From contig CAVVMW010000021.1 in assembly GCA_963749495.1 (NCBI GenBank), positions 320,001 to 384,000 of the forward strand: a stretch of DNA of 64,000 nucleotides, given 5' to 3'. The translations under genes were made by a program, and so were the position numbers. Origin of the DNA: an uncultured bacterium (GTDB lineage Bacteria; Verrucomicrobiota; Verrucomicrobiia; Limisphaerales; UBA8199). The notes beneath the pieces are model-generated. The model was given only the letters and a program-made list of their open reading frames with translations. It was not told the origin of the DNA and made no database searches. How positions within the stretch are numbered: the stretch's first letter is position 1; each line of letters starts with the position of its first letter. Below are positions 60,889-64,000 of the stretch, one piece after another.

Positions 60889-62625
60889 CTACTCCACCTC
60901 CTGTGTCACCTCCTGGAGAATCGCCATCTCGCGGCGCTGGAGGAGGCGGCCTTCCAGGGGCAGGAGCAGGCGATAGAGCCAGGCGATGCCGGCCAAGGTG
61001 GCCAGGGCGGCCAGGAGGTTGACCGGCAGCCAGGGCGCCCAGTGTTCCACAGAAAAGACCAATTGAAGGGCCGGCGGGATGAGCAGGGGCGGCAACACCA
61101 GCGGGAGCAACAGGAAGTTCAGGAGCATGACCAGGAACACCGCCGGCTTGACTTTCTTCATCTGGAGCGTGCCCGGCGCCATGCGGTATGGGGCCAGGAT
61201 GGCGGCCAGATTGGTCAGCAAGCTGAAGACCAGGAAGGCCGCCGGGACTTGCACCAGGCCCGTCAGGTAGGCGTCCCAGGGCATCCGGGTGGCTACGCCG
61301 GCCAGCGTGAGCAGCGAGACCGCCACCACGGCCACGAAGGGGACGAACGACAGGTTTTTGGCCAGCAGGACATGATGGCGGCGGGTCGGCAGCAGGACCA
61401 GGGCGCGAAATCCGTCCCGGTCCAACCCGAAGGCATTGGCCATGCTCGGGGCCATGGAAAACACGGAGAACGCGGCCACGCCGGTCGCCAGAAAGCCGCC
61501 CCATAGGTGAGACATGGGCCCTCTGGGGTGGGTGAAGTACATCGAGGCGCCGATGGCTCCCATCACCACCGGCATGATGAAGGCCATCTTGAGTTCCGGC
61601 GCGCGCGACAAGGAGCGGAAGAGGGCCAGGGTCAGGGCCGCCACCTCCTCGGGCAGACCGGGCAGGGTCCGCTCGACCAGCAAAGGCCGGGCAGACGGTT
61701 GCGGACGCGCTGTGACCGGGCGGGGCGCCGGCGCCGCCAGGCGGCCGCGGCCCTCCTCGCCCTGGTAGAAGCGCAGCGTGAGCCGATAGGCCTGCCGCAA
61801 GCCCATGACCCCGAAAAGCCAACAGAGGGCGCCGGCCCCAAAGGCGGGCCATGGGTTCTGCTCTTTGAGTGTCATGGCGCCGTAACCGAGCCAGCCGGGC
61901 GGCAACGCAAGGTGCGCGTCCACAAAGACCTGCGGCAGCGCCAACCGCCCTTGGGCATCCTCCAGCGGCGATCCCTGCCCGGCCCGCTTCACGTGCGAGC
62001 GGAACATCGCCGAGTTGAAAACAATGTTCGGGAGTTGAAAGAGCAGGACGAAAATCACGGTGACCCACACAATGATCGCCCGCCGCCGCCGTTTATTCAT
62101 CATCAACGCCGCCAGCCAGCCGCGCAGGCAATAAGTCCAGGCGGTGATGGCAAAAACAAATCCCAGGACCAGCGGAACCATCAGCGCCAGCGCCAGCCCC
62201 CCGCCAAACGCCATCCCGACCGACAACCCGAGCAATGCCGGCAGCAGGAGGATAATGCTCGGTGCCAGCAACGACACCAGGTAGTTGAAAACGAAGACCT
62301 GGCGCAGCGTCACGGGCAGGTGCAGCAACTTGGGCAGATCGATGCTCTCGGAGCGCTGGATTTCCACCATCAACCCGCTGGCCCAGATGATGAGAAAGGC
62401 GAAGACCAGGCCGTCGAAGATGAGAAGCAAGACCGCAGCCGGTGCCTGGGCGCCGGCAAACCAGCCGCCTATCAGGCCGCCCAGTCCCAGACCCACCGCC
62501 CCCATTGCCAGCAGGGCCACCCAGAGGACCGAGAGCACCGCGTTGAGCGGGCCGCCGCGGATGAACTGGTTGCGGCTCAGCCGCCACCGCAGCCACAGAA
62601 TCGCCTTGAGCTGGTCCCAGTTCAT
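60889..62625 (-). CDS. Putative ABC exporter permease
   Basis: Polytopic membrane protein, LLHLPV, N.FG.D, KN; follows the ABC ATPase. Confidence 0.8.
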   Translation of the reverse strand: MNWDQLKAILWLRWRLSRNQFIRGGPLNAVLSVLWVALLAMGAVGLGLGGLIGGWFAGAQAPAAVLLLIFDGLVFAFLIIWASGLMVEIQRSESIDLPKLLHLPVTLRQVFVFNYLVSLLAPSIILLLPALLGLSVGMAFGGGLALALMVPLVLGFVFAITAWTYCLRGWLAALMMNKRRRRAIIVWVTVIFVLLFQLPNIVFNSAMFRSHVKRAGQGSPLEDAQGRLALPQVFVDAHLALPPGWLGYGAMTLKEQNPWPAFGAGALCWLFGVMGLRQAYRLTLRFYQGEEGRGRLAAPAPRPVTARPQPSARPLLVERTLPGLPEEVAALTLALFRSLSRAPELKMAFIMPVVMGAIGASMYFTHPRGPMSHLWGGFLATGVAAFSVFSMAPSMANAFGLDRDGFRALVLLPTRRHHVLLAKNLSFVPFVAVVAVSLLTLAGVATRMPWDAYLTGLVQVPAAFLVFSLLTNLAAILAPYRMAPGTLQMKKVKPAVFLVMLLNFLLLPLVLPPLLIPPALQLVFSVEHWAPWLPVNLLAALATLAGIAWLYRLLLPLEGRLLQRREMAILQEVTQEVE

Positions 62626-62749
62626 GGAGGGGCGAGGGGCGAGGGGCGAGGGGCGAGTGAGCCGAAAACGCCAACCACTCGCCCCGCGACACTCGCCACT
62701 CGCGGCTTATCCGTTGATTCGATAGCACCAACGGCTATGACATTATGTC

Positions 62750-62793
62750 GCATCACGCATCACGCATCACGCATCACGTTTCACGCATCACGT
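62750..62793. repeat. Heptamer array (CATCACG)n
   Basis: About 6 tandem copies overlapping the ATPase stop codon. Confidence 0.85.
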
Positions 62794-63554
62794 TCCCCCT
62801 CCAGCCAGCTCAGCGTCTGCCGCTCGAACTGCCCGGCCCCGACCACCTCCAGGAACCGCTCCTCCAGCGAGCCGTCGCGCCGCAGGGCGTCCATCGCCCC
62901 CTGGTGGACCAGCCGGCCCTGCGCGATGATGCCCACGTGCGTGCAGAGCTTCTCGACGATCTCCAGCACGTGCGAGGTCAGGAACACCGTCGCCCCGCGC
63001 TCGACCGCCCGTTTGAGCGTGTCGCGCAGGATGCGCGAGGCCACGGCGTCCACGCCCTCGAACGGCTCGTCCAGGAAGAGCAGCTCGGGATTGGGCAGCA
63101 GCGCGGCCGCCAGGGCCAGCTTCTTGCGCATCCCGTGCGAGTACTCCAGGGCCAGCTTCTTCTCCTCGCCCTCCAGGCCCATCATCGCCAGCAACTCCCC
63201 CGTCCGCTCCCGCACCGTTGCCGCCGGCAGCAGGAACATTCGCCCGATAAAGGTCAGATACTCGCGCCCCGTCAGGTTCTCGAACAGGCTCAAGTTCTCC
63301 GGCACCACCCCCATCCGCCCTTTGACCGCCCGCGCCTTCTCCGTGTCGGCCAGGTCCTCGCCCAGCAAGCGCATCGTCCCGGAGGTCGGCGCCAACAGCC
63401 CCGTCAGCATCTTGATCGTCGTCGATTTGCCCGCCCCGTTCGGGCCCAGGAAGCCATAAAAGGTCCCGCGCTCGACCTGCAGGTGAATGGCATCCACCGC
63501 GCACAAGCTCCCGAAACGGCGCGTCAGACCGATGGTTTCGATGGCCAGGCTCAT
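62781..63554 (-). CDS. ABC transporter ATP-binding protein
   Basis: GPNGAGKST, YSHGM, LFLDEP, SH. Confidence 0.95.
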   Translation of the reverse strand: MSLAIETIGLTRRFGSLCAVDAIHLQVERGTFYGFLGPNGAGKSTTIKMLTGLLAPTSGTMRLLGEDLADTEKARAVKGRMGVVPENLSLFENLTGREYLTFIGRMFLLPAATVRERTGELLAMMGLEGEEKKLALEYSHGMRKKLALAAALLPNPELLFLDEPFEGVDAVASRILRDTLKRAVERGATVFLTSHVLEIVEKLCTHVGIIAQGRLVHQGAMDALRRDGSLEERFLEVVGAGQFERQTLSWLEGERDA

Positions 63555-63798
63555 TTGATGTGTTCGACTGCGCCCAAAGTAGAGGGGCGAGGGGGAAGTG
63601 TCGAGGGCAGAGACGTGAGACGTGAAACGTGAAACGTGAAACGTGAAATTCTGTTGAATAGCCCGCCCTGCCCGGGCAACTATAGTGCCGTGCTCGATTG
63701 TCCCATGGCCAGAGTTCAGCACGCTGCAACCGCCCACGCTGGGTGTTGGGTCTCCGGGCATCATTCATCATTCGTCATTCGTCATTCGTCATTTTGAT

Positions 63799-64000
63799 AT
63801 GAGATATCGCTGGTCGCTGCCGCCCGCTCAACCGGAGCTTGCCGGGCGATTGGCAAGTGAGCTGAAGCTTTCGCCTCTGCTGGCCCAGTGCCTGTTGAAC
63901 CGCGGGGCAGGGGAGCCCGGGGCGGCGCGGCTCTTTCTGGAGCCCCGGCTCAAGGACCTGGCCGACCCATTCAAGCTGCCGAACATGGCGGCGGCCGTGG
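63799..64000 (+). CDS. recJ: Single-stranded-DNA-specific exonuclease RecJ (3' partial)
   Basis: MRYRW...LSPLLAQCLLNRG...FLEPRL.DL.DPF.LPNM..AV. Confidence 0.85.
   Translation, partial: MRYRWSLPPAQPELAGRLASELKLSPLLAQCLLNRGAGEPGAARLFLEPRLKDLADPFKLPNMAAAV

Overview
This is GC-rich bacterial DNA. Its gene content (DUF1800/DUF1501, PQQ-like propellers, ThuA, Gfo/Idh/MocA, GxxExxY) suggests Verrucomicrobiota of the Pedosphaera/Limisphaera type; this is an inference. At least a dozen genes carry single-base frameshifts, most likely long-read assembly indels. Main blocks: (i) lysC-hom, with a ~25-copy heptamer array inserted in frame in hom; (ii) a tandem active/inactive Deg-type protease pair; (iii) a ~8 kb defence/TA island (10.1-18.0 kb) containing vapBC, a duplicated gene upstream of a DUF6036-like nucleotidyltransferase, a TIR gene carrying six exactly 33-bp in-frame palindromic insertions, a nuclease-STAND gene split by two nonsense codons, COR-like and DUF4365 remnants, and a GxxExxY gene inside periodic inverted repeats with an empty copy of that element nearby; (iv) housekeeping and carbohydrate genes; (v) an ~18 kb minus-strand cluster (38.6-56.8 kb) that looks like an uncharacterised aromatic-acid tailoring pathway with no PKS/NRPS core (HemN-like radical SAM, chorismate-lyase-like protein, flavin halogenase, thioesterase, DMT exporter, CoA ligase, two PQQ-like propellers, DUF3311+SSS transporter, EhpF/GriC + EhpG/GriD-like reductase pair, Fe-ADH, Tat intradiol dioxygenase); (vi) an MBL hydrolase, a GH29 fucosidase, an ABC exporter and the start of recJ. 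Intergenic space is full of REP/REPIN-like palindromes, MITEs and 7/9/10/12-bp periodic repeats. I found no rRNA, tRNA or CRISPR array. All family assignments come from motif recognition by eye; no database search was run.
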